Positions 1-11,952 of a stretch of 64,000 nt of DNA are shown here, one piece after another. Position numbers and translations under genes: made by a program. How positions within the stretch are numbered: the stretch's first letter is position 1; every line of letters starts with the position of its first letter. Location of the stretch: the NCBI GenBank assembly GCA_025558095.1, contig JAIVFI010000023.1, positions 186,001-250,000 of the forward strand, given 5' to 3'. This DNA comes from Hyaloraphidium curvatum SAG 235-1 (lineage: Eukaryota > Fungi > Monoblepharomycota). The notes under the pieces are model-generated. The model was not told the DNA's origin. It did not search any database and saw only the letters and a program-made list of their open reading frames with translations.

Positions 1-869
1 CTGGCCCATGTCCGTGAGCACGAGCCTGCCGTCTTTGGTGATGAGGAAGTTGCTGGGCGGTCGATGGATGTCAGTGATTCCCACGCTCGCGTCCAGCCAG
101 AACAGCTCACCAGCTCTTGATGTCGCGGTGCACGATGCCGTGCCGCTTGAGGTGCAGCAGCGCGGCGAGCGCCTGGTGCGAGTACGAGACGACGGTGTCG
201 ATGGGCATCCTGGCCGTCGCCCTGTCGATCTCCTGGGACAGGCTCTTGGCGGCCTTGTCCATGACGATGAGCGAGTCGGTGCCGGGGATGCGGTCCATGC
301 CCGCGAGCTCCCTGTCCATCGAGGCGATGAGGGTTGAGAGGCCGACCATGTTGACGTTTCTGGTGTCGGGAACGAGCACGTCTCGGACTTTGACTATTCC
401 GGGGAGACCGCCGAGCTGCTTTGCGAGCACTGCCTCCCGGAGCTGCCAAGCGTCGAGCGCCGTGGACGACCCGACGTCGGCGCTCGACACGTCGACCTTC
501 TTGACGGCGAGCACGGTGCCGGAGCCCTTCTTCTTTGCCTCCTCGACGCGGCCCTGCCCTCCCTCGCCGATGAGCTGTCCGGAGAAGATGTAGCGCATTG
601 CGACGGAGGAGAGCAGCTTCCCCGGCGGGGTCCCTGGGGCCCGGGCCGCCGAGCGTTCTAGCGAAGGAGCCTTGCTGACCGAGAAGATGGTGGTGTTCCC
701 GGACGTAATTGCGGTCTTGTTCGGCGGGCTTGCGGGCTTCGGTGCGTGAAGGGGGACGGGTCAGCGAGAGCAGGTTGGGACCGATGCGGGGCCCCACATC
801 GCCGGGGGGCACCTCTCCGTCGATGTTCTTTCCGTTTCCGCGTCCCGCTGCCGACCTGCGGAGGAGCAT
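1..869 (-). CDS. Ser/Thr protein kinase (CDK/CMGC-like), 5' part; gene runs off the left edge
   Basis: Gly loop GEGGQGRV, LAVKK, alphaC QLRE and HRDIKSCN across a GT-AG intron, then FLITKDGRLVLTDMG. The start at 869 is inferred by splicing GAG|GTGCCC...CCGAAG|CCC into the 107..598 frame. Confidence 0.8.
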   Translation of the reverse strand, partial: MLLRRSAAGRGNGKNIDGEVPPGDVGPRIGPNLLSLTRPPSRTEARKPAEQDRNYVREHHHLLGQQGSFARTLGGPGPRDPAGEAALLRRNALHLLRTAHRRGRAGPRRGGKEEGLRHRARRQEGRRVERRRRVVHGARRLAAPGGSARKAARRSPRNSQSPRRARSRHQKRQHGRPLNPHRLDGQGARGHGPHPRHRLAHRHGQGRQEPVPGDRQGDGQDAHRHRRLVLAPGARRAAAPQAARHRAPRHQELVSCSGWTRAWESLTSIDRPATSSSPKTAGSCSRTWA

Positions 870-950
870 CGTGGGGTTCTGTTGTGTGCTTCGAGGGGTG
901 TATTTGGGTGTGGGCGACAGCGTCCTCTCGCCCATCTGCCCAAGGAAACC

Positions 951-3571
951 ATGGCAGCGCGGGCGGCCGACTGGTCGCAGCTGTTCACGGGGCGGCACCC
1001 GCCGTCGGCGGTCGCCGCCGCGCTCGCGCCGCAGCTCGGCCCGAACCCGCCGGCGCCCGCCGCGCTGTACCAGAACGTGCCGGCGATCTGCTCGTGGCTG
1101 CTCGGCTCGCAGGGCCGCGGGGGCGCCGTCCACGCGCCGCAGCCCGCAGCCGAGGAGGCCGCGCTGGCCGGCATGCTCGCGCCGCCGAGCGGGTCGCTGT
1201 TCCGCGCCGCGCTCGCAATGGCCGGGGACGCGATGCTGTACGAGGTGCCGCTGAGCGCCCTGCCGCGGCCCACGCAGGCGCTCCTGGACACGGCGGAGCG
1301 TTCGCAGCTGCCGGCCCTGCTGCGCTCCCGCATCCACGCCGCGCCGGGCGCGGGGGACGGCAGCCACGTGCTCGCGCCCGGCAAGAGCGACCAGCAGATC
1401 CTGATTCGGATGACCGTGTGCGAGGTGAATTGCATTCGCGTCCGACGCCTCCGCACGCGTTCTCACGCCCCGGGCAGTACTTTCTCTTTGTCTTTCTGCT
1501 CGCAGGGACGGCATTCACGGCCGCAGCACCTGCTCTGCAGCCCCGGCCGGCCGTTTCCGGCGCACCCGCAACGGTCAACTCTCCCCCAGCCTTTTACCTG
1601 ACGCTGCTCTCGTCCTACGCGCGCTTCTTCCTCCCTCCGGAGCCTGGAGCACGTACCGACACCCGCACCGAGCCCTCCTCCCCCACCGCCGCGCGCCGCG
1701 CCTCCATCGCACCCGTCCTCGCCCGCGGCGCCTCCTTCTTCGCCGCCCGCACAGCAACGCAGCCCGCTCCGACCGGCGGCGCAGAGCAGCGCCCCGACGA
1801 GCCCAACGTCTTCACCCTCGTACCATCCGCGGACCTCGCCAGCGCCCTCTCCGAATTCTTCTGCGACGCGCTGGCGGAGCTGTTCCTGGGCCAGAACGCG
1901 CTGCCGACTCCCGGCGTCGCCCCGCGCGACCCTTACGTCAGGCCGCCGCTGGTGGTAATCAGGGGCACCGCGGACATCGTGCGGATGCTGCAGGGCGCGG
2001 AGCTGGGCGCCGTCGAGATCGGCGTGGGGCGCATGCCGGGGAGGGACACGCTGCAGGGGGCGGCCAGGAGGCGCGCGTGCATGGCGTTCAAGTGGAAGCT
2101 GTATGCGTTTCTCAGGCTGGCCTTTGTTTACTGCCACGAGGAAGAGCTCTTTGACGAGGTGGGGACGCGACGCGCGCATCGCCGATCCGCCCCGCTCAGC
2201 CCCCGTTTTCCGCAGCTCTCGAGGCTGTACGTCGACTACATCGCCCCGTGGCAGCAGCACTTCGACCCTTCCTACCACAACCTCCTAGCCGACCGCCTCT
2301 TCTTCTACACCTCCCTTTTCCGCCTCTGGCTCGAGCGCGCCTCCAAGGCAGACGGGGCCGCCATGGCCGCGCAGCTCCGCGCCGCCGCGGCGGTTCCCGA
2401 CGGCCGGCGGCCCCTCGCCGAGGTCATCATTTCCGTGCTCTCGGTCTTTTGCAACCCCCTCGAGGTCCTGGACTTTCTCCGGCTGCTCGAATCCGCCTTC
2501 GTCTCGGCGCCGCCCTCGTACAACCATCCCCTCGGGGGTGCCGAGAACGAGGCCCGGATCCTGGTGCAGGCCATGCTCGGCGCGTGCCCGGCGCAGGTCA
2601 GGATGCTCGAGGCCGCGTCGTACGCGCCCGTGTTCGCGCCGGTCGCGCCGATGGGGAGGGAGGACACGCGGGACGTGGCGGCGAGGCTGGCGGCGGCGGT
2701 CAGGGCCGGGATCAAGGCGCTGGAGGCGGTTCCGGCCGCGGCATCGCCGGTGACGGTGCCGGGGGCGGTTCCGGCGCCCGCGCCGCCCCCGAATCCGGCC
2801 GAGAAGCTGAAGGGCATCCTGGAGATGCTCCAGACCGCGTTCGGGATCGTGGCCGCGCCGGACGCCGGGAACCTGCAGGCCGTGGAAATGGCCGAGATGC
2901 GGGCGTTGGAGCGCGCGGCGCCGAGCGAGGAGGAGGGCGCGTTGCTCTCGCCGGCGGCCAAGAGGTTCAACCTCCCGCACGCGCCCATGGTGCGGGCCAA
3001 CGGGACCCTGACGGACCGGAGCAGGTACATGATCCGGCACGGCCTGCAAAAGGCGAGCAACCTGGACGTGCCGATCGTCGAGGAAAAGTACCAGGATCCG
3101 TGGCTGCGCATGCGCCGCGAGAGGCTCGTGGGGGACAGCGAGAACGCGTTCCTCGTCGCCCTCACGGGGGCGCTGGGGAACGCACTGCAGGCGCTATCCG
3201 TCTCGGTGCTGGCGGCTCTGGCGGAGCGGTACCCGGACCTGAAGCTGCCCGTCGTGCGGAGGGTGCCCGCGCGGCCGTACGTCGCGTTCGAGATGGTGCC
3301 GGCCGGCGAGTGCGCGCGCCGCGTCTCGTTCCGGTGGCTCCGCTGGTTCGCGTCATACCCCAACCTTGTCGGCATCCTAGTTGTCTGGCTCGCGGCGTGG
3401 TTCGCGTGGAGGCTGCTGCTGATCGCCGGCAAAGTGCTGTGGTACGCATTTGCGGCACCGAGGGCGGTACCGACGCCCCGTGCGGTCCCGCAGCGCGGGC
3501 CCCAGCAGGGCTATCAGCGCCAGCATCAAGGTCCCGGGGGTCGGGGTGCGTACAAGGCGCCCATGTACTGA
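951..3571 (+). CDS. SMPD4: Sphingomyelin phosphodiesterase 4 (nSMase3/SMPD4, mit_SMPDase)-like protein
   Basis: ATG 951, introns at 1425-1477 and ~2159-2215. EYFLFVF, YVDYIAPW, LTDRSRYMIRHGL...DPW...SENAFLV and LRWFASY plus a C-terminal TM helix match SMPD4 family blocks as I recall them. Confidence 0.75.
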
Positions 3572-3663
3572 GAATTGAGGGCGGAACGCGAACCGCGAAC
3601 CTAGCTTCATGTTTCTGAGAGGCGTCATCCCGTAGTCGCCACTAGCACGCGTGACCGCCGGCA

Positions 3664-4938
3664 ATGGCGGCCAACGAGCGAGCGCCGCTGCTGGACGGGA
3701 ATCGACCGCTGCGGTCCTTTCTGTCGTCCCTGCGGTCCGTCTTTGCCGGGGATGCCGAAACCGGGGCCTCGGAGGCCCGGCCCTTCCTAGCCGACACCGG
3801 GCCGCAGGTTTCGTCCCCGGTGGTCGATGCCGGGGCCGGGTACCCGGAGTACCCCTCGGCGGAGCCCGTGCCGTCCAAGGAGCGGCCGCCGCGGACCTGG
3901 CCCTGGTGCCTGCTCGCGCTCGTTGTCGTGGGGTCGGCTGTGCTGGCCGTCTGGTTCCTGGCGATCCCGAGGTTCATCGAGTCGCTGATCGCGGGGAACA
4001 CGGGCGGCGCAGACATCGGCCGCGTCGAGCTGGTCGCCTTTGACGACGCGGGGGTGACGGTCGCCGTGCAGGACCTGTCCCTGAAGACCGGCCGCGCCCT
4101 GCCGTTTGCTGCGTTCATGGACGAGGCGCGGTTCGAGGTGCTTTCTTGCGGCCTGCCCAACGCGTCGTCGGGAGCCGCTGACGATGGCGCGCCGGCGTGC
4201 TCGGACCGCGCGGACTTGACCCATCTCTACAAGCTGGACACCCCGAGATTCGTGGTGCCCGGAAGTACCGAGGACCTCTTGCTGTCTTTCCCCGTGCGCG
4301 TGGAGGACCTCAACACCAATCTGGGGGGGCAGATACAGAGGATTCTGGCGCTGAAGGACGCGGCACCCCCCATGTCGTCGCTCGCCAGGGGACGGCCCTC
4401 GGTGGGCATCCAGCTGCTGGGCATCCCTTTCCGGTGGCGCGTGGCGATCGAGCAGGCCATGTCGTTCGACGTGGCCGAGCTGTTCCGCAATGTCTCCAAG
4501 TACGAGCTCTCTTACCAGCTCCTCGCCCACAACGGGTCGTCCGGAGCGCTGCCTTTCCCCTCCGAAGAGTCGCTGGAGTTCAATGCCAGCATGGAGTTCC
4601 GAAATCCGTACCCATTCTCGCTTCGCGACCAACCTTTTGCGGTCGAGCTGCAAGTGTTCACCAACGACTCCAAGAAGGACACCTTCCCCGGGCACCGGCT
4701 GGCGTCGGTGACGATGTACCACCTCGGGCTCGACAGAGGACAGAACCAGCGCAACATCTCGATCTTGACGAATCCCGAGGAGCATGACCGCCTGCTCAGC
4801 CTCGTCGCAAAGGCAGTCCTCCACATTCCGGTGTCGGTTGCCCTTCGACAGGTGCGCCTGGTGGGCGAGAACGTCGTGCCCTGGTGGATGCAGCGCATTG
4901 CGGGGACTATTGATATGGTCATCGATCTTCACAACTAA
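3664..4938 (+). CDS. Single-pass membrane protein, DUF3712/Tag1/LEA-2-like
   Basis: Intronless 424 aa ORF with an N-terminal dileucine-like ERAPLL, one TM helix (WCLLALVVVGSAVLAVWFLAIP) and a beta-rich luminal part with FRNPYPFSL and N-glycosylation sequons. Confidence 0.55.
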   Translation: MAANERAPLLDGNRPLRSFLSSLRSVFAGDAETGASEARPFLADTGPQVSSPVVDAGAGYPEYPSAEPVPSKERPPRTWPWCLLALVVVGSAVLAVWFLAIPRFIESLIAGNTGGADIGRVELVAFDDAGVTVAVQDLSLKTGRALPFAAFMDEARFEVLSCGLPNASSGAADDGAPACSDRADLTHLYKLDTPRFVVPGSTEDLLLSFPVRVEDLNTNLGGQIQRILALKDAAPPMSSLARGRPSVGIQLLGIPFRWRVAIEQAMSFDVAELFRNVSKYELSYQLLAHNGSSGALPFPSEESLEFNASMEFRNPYPFSLRDQPFAVELQVFTNDSKKDTFPGHRLASVTMYHLGLDRGQNQRNISILTNPEEHDRLLSLVAKAVLHIPVSVALRQVRLVGENVVPWWMQRIAGTIDMVIDLHN

Positions 4939-5016
4939 GAAGAGAATGTACGGGGAATCTCACTAACATGTGGGTATCGCATCACTTCCTTGCACGAGAG
5001 CTCCCGCCCCTTTCCA

Positions 5017-8000
5017 TCATCTTCTCTTCGAGCGCCGCGCCTTCCCGCCTTCCGGTTCCTCCACGCGCTCCTTTTCCGAGGTCTCTTCCACCTTCCTCCC
5101 TCGCTTCCGTGGAAGTGCCGCCGACGGTTCCGCAGATTCAGTGTCCATTTCTGGAGCAGGTTCCGCAGGTTCCGCCTCGGCATCCACGGCCACGTCCGAC
5201 ATCGGAGCGTCCTCCTCATCCTCGCTTGATCCCTCCGCCAGCGTTTTCCCGCGTGCTCTTCGACCCGCATTGCTGATAGACGTCATCCACGGCCAAACAC
5301 TGGGCTCCAACAAGACTCACCGCCTGATAGGTGGGGAGGGTTCTGCAACAGCCTCGTCGTCGTCATCATCGCTCTCTCGGCCAGCACTGCGACGCCGCGA
5401 CGCTTTCGCATTCTTCTTCGCCGGCGTGAAGTCGACCTCGTCTCCAGCTAAGCCTGCCCCCGAAGCCCGCTTCTTAAGCCGGGAAGGGTCTGGTTTCGGC
5501 TCTCGGAGCGACTTCATCCACTCCTCGAATTCGGGCCGCAGATACGTCTTGCGCACGTTCTGCAGAGTAGGGGCGATGGAATGAATCACCGACCGGCAAG
5601 CGGCATGTGCGTAGCCACCAACGTCCGCGGCTGCTTTGGAAGAGAGCTGCTTGAAGAGGCTCTTCGGCATGCGGAGACTGAGCTCGTGCGACTCCAGAGA
5701 CCAGCCGAGCTGATGGCTCTTGTCCCTTATCAGGTACTGCGACAGCTCGGAAAGAACGTAAAGATTCTATGCAAGGAGGCAGTTTGAGGGGGGGGATGCA
5801 GCAGGACAGCCAGCCGTCTCACCTCCGATGACTCGGACAAGTTGTCCCTGACGACCTTCAACTGCCCAGACACGATGTAGAGGTAGGAGATGTTCTCCGC
5901 CGTCGCCACCGTCTCCAGGAAGAACTCGATGTACCTGGCCCGTCTTGTCAGGGACTGGTGTTGCGAAATCGTCAGCAAGCATACTTACTTCGAGAAAAGC
6001 TGGAGGGACTCGAGGTCGGTCCCGAAGTCCGGATGATGCGCCAGCAGATGGAGTACACGGACGTAGGAGAGCTCGAACAGATCGGCACTTGAGTCCTTTT
6101 CGTGTTCTGAGGTGCACGATTACGGTCCCGGCCTCAAAAGCAAGCTCTTATAGCTTACCGATCCTCATTGCCTTGGCTCTGCGCAGCAGGTGCAACTTGA
6201 TCTGAAGGTCCGAGTCAGCTAGCGCGAGGGTACGAGAGCATTGACGTTACCCGATGCTTGAGCTCAGCTTCAGGTTCGTGCGCCGATAGCATGAGGATGA
6301 CGGAGTAGCGCATCGGCAAGCCGCCAACTTGGATGTACTTGATCAACCGATTTCCAAAGGCTTCGCGCACCTGATAGCACGAGTCCTGCAGCGAGATTGT
6401 AATCAGAGGAACGCGAAGGCGATTACAGAACCCACCTGTATCACGAGAGCCAGCTTGAGGAAATCATGCTGCGTGATCATCTCGTCCAGCGGATTGCTGG
6501 CCTTGGCCAGCTTCAGCAATCCCCGAGCGGCAGTCAGCCGCAGATGCGCCCGGCATACCGCACTGCAAACCTGTTGTGAGCGCCAAGCGACGACGAAGCG
6601 GCGGAGAGACGAACCTGGATGAGCCTTGCGACAAAAGCTCTCCATCCAAGTCCAAGATCTTCCACAGCAGTTTGAACACGGACTTGGCGCCATCCCTGAA
6701 CGATTCATCGCCATCTCGGGCGAGAGGAATGATGCGACTGATGAGGAGTTTGACGGCGAGGATCTTGGAGCGAATGAAGGGTGACAGGTCAGAGTAGTCG
6801 ACCCAATCTTGACCGCTCTCCTGGCTGTCGGCGGAGTCCTGGAACCGCGGACATGAGCACGACGAATCAATACGACGGACGAAGCGCGCTCACCTCGGGA
6901 CCAGAGGGCGAAAGCAGGACCTCCTTGACGATGAAGCTCAGGATCGCCTCTCGCTGCATCTCAAAAACGTAAGGAAGCTGCAGTGCAAGCTGGTTCAATG
7001 CAGAAAGCCTGGAGGGAAGGGCCTCGTCTTCGCGATCCAGCTTTCCGACCAGCGTCTAGACCAGGACAGCAATCAATCCCCGAAAAGTGCAAGGTTGGCG
7101 GGCCGTTCACCTCCAACAAATCTCCGCAGACTTTGTCCTTGTCATTCATGCGGCTGAGAACAATGACCGCATGCTTGGCCTGAGCCTCGTTGCCTTCAAG
7201 AGCGTACTTGACCAGCCGATTCTGCGATTTTCTGTGCGAACGTTTGATGACGACGAGCTAGACGAGCCAGAACGACGAGGCTTACTTGTCTTGTGGCACG
7301 TTTTCTTGGTCAGTCTTTGCCGTTTGAGCCAGGGCCTCCAGGGTGTCCGTGGCTATGGCCAAATGTTGTGAGCATGTGAAGCGATCCCGCAGAGAGTCAG
7401 CGGGCCTACCAAGAATCGCATCGCTACTCTGCAGAAAGTCAAGAAACTGCTTTGCATTGCCCTTGTAAAGCATCGGGAGGTAGTCCGAGATGCTCTGCAC
7501 AGGAAGTAAGAACTGGAGCTCGCGTAACGACAGACGCACAACCTTCAACAGCTTCTGCGCGGCGTCCCCGAGTGCTCTTTGCGCCTTCGCCTTGCTGTCA
7601 GCCCCTGCTTTGATGCGCTCCATGATGATCGGAATTGAGGACCGGTGCAGGATCGTCAACGACGTTTTGCGAAGCAGATTGGCGAACGTGTCCCAGAGAG
7701 TGCTTGATACCCCTTCCATTCGCTTTTGCAGCTCCCTCTGCAGAACCCAGCATGAAAAATTGCTCGCGAGACAACCGCAACAGCCTCACGAGATCCTTCA
7801 GCAGAATCTTGTACTCCGTCTTCACGTCCAGTACGCTCAACAAAAGCTTGTAGAGCCTGGAATCGTTAAGGGAAGAAAACTTCTCAAGGCTGGCGAGCGT
7901 TCTCTTGGGATCGGTCGTCCGATCTGGTAGTTGCGGCGGTTGAGGAGACGTGGTAACGCCAGCTCGGGGGTGCATACCGGCGATGTACGAATGAATCGCA

Positions 8001-10228
8001 CTGAGGTTCTTTGTGATCTCCTCCTCGTCGCCGTCAATCACACCGCCCTGCGCCCAGAGATGATCAGCGCAATATCCGATTCGATTGCCAGGCCGCTCAC
8101 GTTGTACGACGTCGAAAGGTCAATCAAAGCTTTCACATTATCTGTCCACCTATACCAGGATCAGATCGACTTCGCCCAACCGTAAAGCTGTTACCTACGT
8201 GCTCCTCCGTGCAATGAGGGATATGAAGGCCTTGAAGGCTTTGTCGTCGAAAGTGGAGACGATCGACAATAGACGTTCCGTCCTTGATTGATCGTTCGCG
8301 TCCGGGGGGAAGATGTCCTCATGAAGGGTCCTCTCGATCGCAGCCCTTAGTGGTCCGGTTAGCACGGCACACCCGGAGAACCCTGTGAGTCAGCCTACAA
8401 TGCCTCCGGATCGTTCAAGTACACCGCATGCATGAGGTGCGTGGGGATGAAGTCAAACTTCTCCGCTGCTGATGCGATCGCGGTCGCTCTGCGCGACAAG
8501 TGCGAGGATCAATAACTAGAAAACTAAGTGCCCACAAACCTTACCCCTCTCCGTTGGCATTTGCGTACAGCTTGGCCAGAGCTTTGATGGCTTCCTGACG
8601 CACGGAACCCTAGAAACTCTCGTGAGCGGACGAACGACACCGCACGGGGGGGCCCGCACCTTCTTGTCCTTGCATCGTTCACTCAGCTCCGTCAGAACCT
8701 CGGTACCGACAAACGAGACAACAGACGGATGCAGCGATGCAATAGTCCTGATAACGGCCGTCCGTACTTTGTCGTCTGGGTCCCGGATCTTGTGGGCCAG
8801 CACCTCTGGTGCGTACAGTCAAACTCTTATCGGCTTAATGCTCAGAAGCACCCACCGTCCAGCTCGGCAGCGAACTCGGGGTGCGACTTGTAAATCGGCG
8901 CACAACCTTCGATCAGCTTCACCCGGATCGCAACCTCCTTGTCCTTCTCCCTGCAATTCACGTCATGAACGTGCGTTCGTTGCCAGACAAGATCTGCGCC
9001 GCACCTGTTGAGCCACTTCTTCCAGGCTCCGGGGAACGACTTGACGAGCTGCGAGCCTTTCTCGGCAAAGAGGGCAGAAAAGGTGGTGGTGGCAATCTCG
9101 CGTATCTTTGTGTCCTGGAACTGGAGCCCACCAAAGCGTGAGAGCGACGCTGCGTGCCGGGGTACAATTCAATTACCATCAGCTCGTTCTCAAGCACAGG
9201 GATGACGCGATCAAGGGCTGTGGGTGCGTGCTTGTTGATCTCCACGATCAAGTCGTGCTGGGCCTGGACCTCCTCGTAGTTGTCGTCCTCCTTGGCCGAC
9301 AGGATCGTATCAGAGAAGTGCTGAAGAGGCGTTAACAAAGGGGGTTGAGTAGGTTTGTCCAACGCCTCCTACGGTGCAGAAGTAGCGCTGAAGCTGATCC
9401 GAGGTCCCCTTGCACAGATCGACCGCCATCCGGAAAGCCGCGGCATTCTCCTTCTAAAGACCGGCAGGAACGTGAGCAACTGCTCGGTCACCTCCCGCAG
9501 CAGCAAACGTCGCACCTGCCGCTTGGGAGAGAACTGATTGGCAAGCACGTCGATCGCTTCGACGGGGAGGCTGGCGCACTCCTCCACGATCTGCTGCAGC
9601 AAATCCGTCATGCACACTGCGCAGTTCTTTGAGTGCTCCGGCTTGATCGTCTCGAAGAAGTCCTTGAAGAAATCCGCGACCAGGTCGTCCTGTCCTCGCT
9701 GAATGTCGGCGACGAGGACTATGCTCTTGACCGTAGACAGATTCTCAACGAGGTAAAAGTACTTCTGGAAGTACGGCCCCTCGATGTCGGCGATGTTGAG
9801 GAGCTGCCGGCGGAAGAACTCAAAGATCTCCTGCGTCGGCGGGTCAGCCCAAGCACTGCCAGCAGCTGCGTAGGCGGCTCCCACCCTCAACTCCGAGTTG
9901 CTGTACGGCGCGTCCGGAGCGTAGAGGCGGAGAATGTCTGCAATGCAGCAGGCCGTCAGGGCCTTGACGCCCTTGTCCTTGTGCGTCACGAGGGACGGCG
10001 ACACGAGGTCGCGCGTGACGGATGCCAGCGATTCGACGTCGACATCCTCCTGTTCGAACTTTGCCAATTCCTCGTGCAGTTCCTAGTGTAGGCCCGCCGC
10101 GTCAGGAGGGCCGGACCTTCAAGAACCACGGCATGCCCCACTGTGAGCCGTCGGTTCAAATCCGCCGCCGATATGGGCTTCCCAGGCGCCGGGAGCAGCT
10201 TCGCCTTGAACTTCAGCTTCTTCGACAT
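5017..10228 (-). CDS. PDS5: Sister chromatid cohesion protein Pds5 (multi-exon)
   Basis: HKDKGVKALTACCIADILRLYAPDAPYS, FYLVENLSTVKS, DPDDKVRTAV, ERCKDKK and ATAENISYLY are Pds5 HEAT-repeat motifs; acidic/basic low-complexity tail. Confidence 0.95.
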
Positions 10229-10530
10229 CGCGCCGCTGCTGGCCTAGCGGCCTCCAACAGGGGTACGGGCAGAGAAGCGGTGTTGGGACTTACGCCCCCG
10301 CGATGAACCAGGGAACGTTTCCGGCCAATCCGTGCACGTTCCCCCGAGGCTGCGCCCGTGGTGATGCAAATGAATATCAGCACATCGCTCCTCTGAGGTT
10401 TGTAGAGGCGTTCCTGGACTGAAACGGTAGCGAGGGGCTCGTCCAAAACGGCGCTCGCGGCGGGCAAAGGGAGTCAACCTCAACCCGAACTCGAAAGGGA
10501 CCCGAGACCCGTCCCCCTGCCTCGACTGCG

Positions 10531-11826
10531 ATGGCCGGCTCGAAGAGGAAGAAGAGCGCCGCCGCCGAGGCCAAGACCGATTCGTCGAAACGGCGGCGCG
10601 GGGATCCGGAGCCGGTCGCCAAGAGCTCGCCGAGGTCCAAGGGACGGTGGGCCAAGGCAGCCTGCGCCCTCTCCGCGCGTTGCTCATCCCTTTCCAGCGC
10701 CGGTGGAAGCAAGGTGTCCGACGATGACGAGGTTTGGGGAATCCTGCCTCCCTTGTGTTCAGGGGTGACCGACCCCGTTCGCACCGTTTCCGACTGGGCA
10801 TCCCCAGGCTCCCGGGTTCGCGTTGGACAAGGCGCTCCACATGTTTAAAGGCTACGCTGATCCCGATGAACCGGAGTGCGTTTCTCGGCTGGCGGCGTCT
10901 TTCGAACGGATCCTCACGGGGGATGCTCCCCCGTCCTAGGCAAATCGGACCGGAGGGCATCGAGCGGCTCAGCGAAGACATTGGCGTTCCCGCAGATTCG
11001 GTCGACATGCTGATTTACGCATACAAGCTTGGCGCGACTAGGATGGGCTTCTTTACGCAGCAGGAATTCCTCGGAGGGATGGAGAGACTGGGGTAGGGTC
11101 GCTGTGGTGTCGGCGACACCAGGGTTGCTCACAGTGATTCCGGGCTTGCGCAGAGTGGACACGCCCAAGAAGCTTCGGCGACTGTTGCCCGTTTTGCGCG
11201 AGGTTCTGGCGGATATCCGTTCGACGGATTTCAAGGAGGTTGGCTCGTCCGTGCTCTGAACCCCGAAAGATCTCTTGACCACCTTCAATAGCTGTACAAG
11301 TTCACATTCCAGTTTGCGCGCGGGGAGCAGCGGGTGGTTGACGTCGAGGTACTTCCAGACGGGTTCGTCGGTTGAATCCGCTAATGACCGCGCAAGATGG
11401 CCAAGATCTTCTGGAGGATGTTGTTGGAGCACGAGCCGTCGCACGCAGAGCTTTTCGCCCAGTACCTGGAGGAGAAGAAGCCGGCCAAGAGCATTACCAG
11501 AGATCAGTGGACAAGGTTGGTGGAATCTGAGGGTCGGCGCCGCACCCTATGACGTAACGGGACCGTCCCGCTGAATCCGCCCCTGCGCTGCATAGCTTCA
11601 GGGGTGAGTTCAAGTGCCTTCCTTTCTTCGTCGCTGACTGGTCGATAGACTTCTGCACCGTCGTGAAACCGGACCTCAGCAACTGGGACGACAATGGCGC
11701 CTGTTTGTGGCATGCGCCGGGCGCGAAGTGCTCGCACTGACGTCGGCGTTTTCAGGGCCTTTGCTTTTCGATGACTACGTGGAGTGGCGAAGGGAGAAAG
11801 CGGGTGGCCCTTTGCACGACCAATGA
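10531..11826 (+). CDS. DCN1: DCN1-like NEDD8 E3 (PONY domain, DCUN1D4/5-type basic N-terminus without UBA)
   Basis: IGPEGIERLSEDIGV, MGFFTQQEFLGGM, LYKFTFQFAR, ITRDQWTSFRDF and WDDNGAWPLLFDDYVEW after splicing; includes an 8-nt micro-exon at 11596-11603. Confidence 0.9.
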
Positions 11827-11952
11827 CGTCCCGCGGCACTTGCGATACCCGATACCCAACATGCCGGACTACGAAGACTGTTTCATGGTACTGATGCGGA
11901 GTCATGGATGCCCGATGAGAACGAGTGTACTTCAGACAGATCGATTAGCTTC

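Noticed and set aside
746-1477. N-terminal ~240 aa of the 941 aa ORF 746..3571
   Set aside because: Shadow frame running through an intron; the real first exon is 951-1424 in another frame.
2248-3618. Long overlapping or antisense ORFs here and at 3787-4932, 48603-49868 and 50428-51849
   Set aside because: Arg/Pro/Gly-rich shadows expected from high GC3 codon bias in the real genes; no domain motifs.
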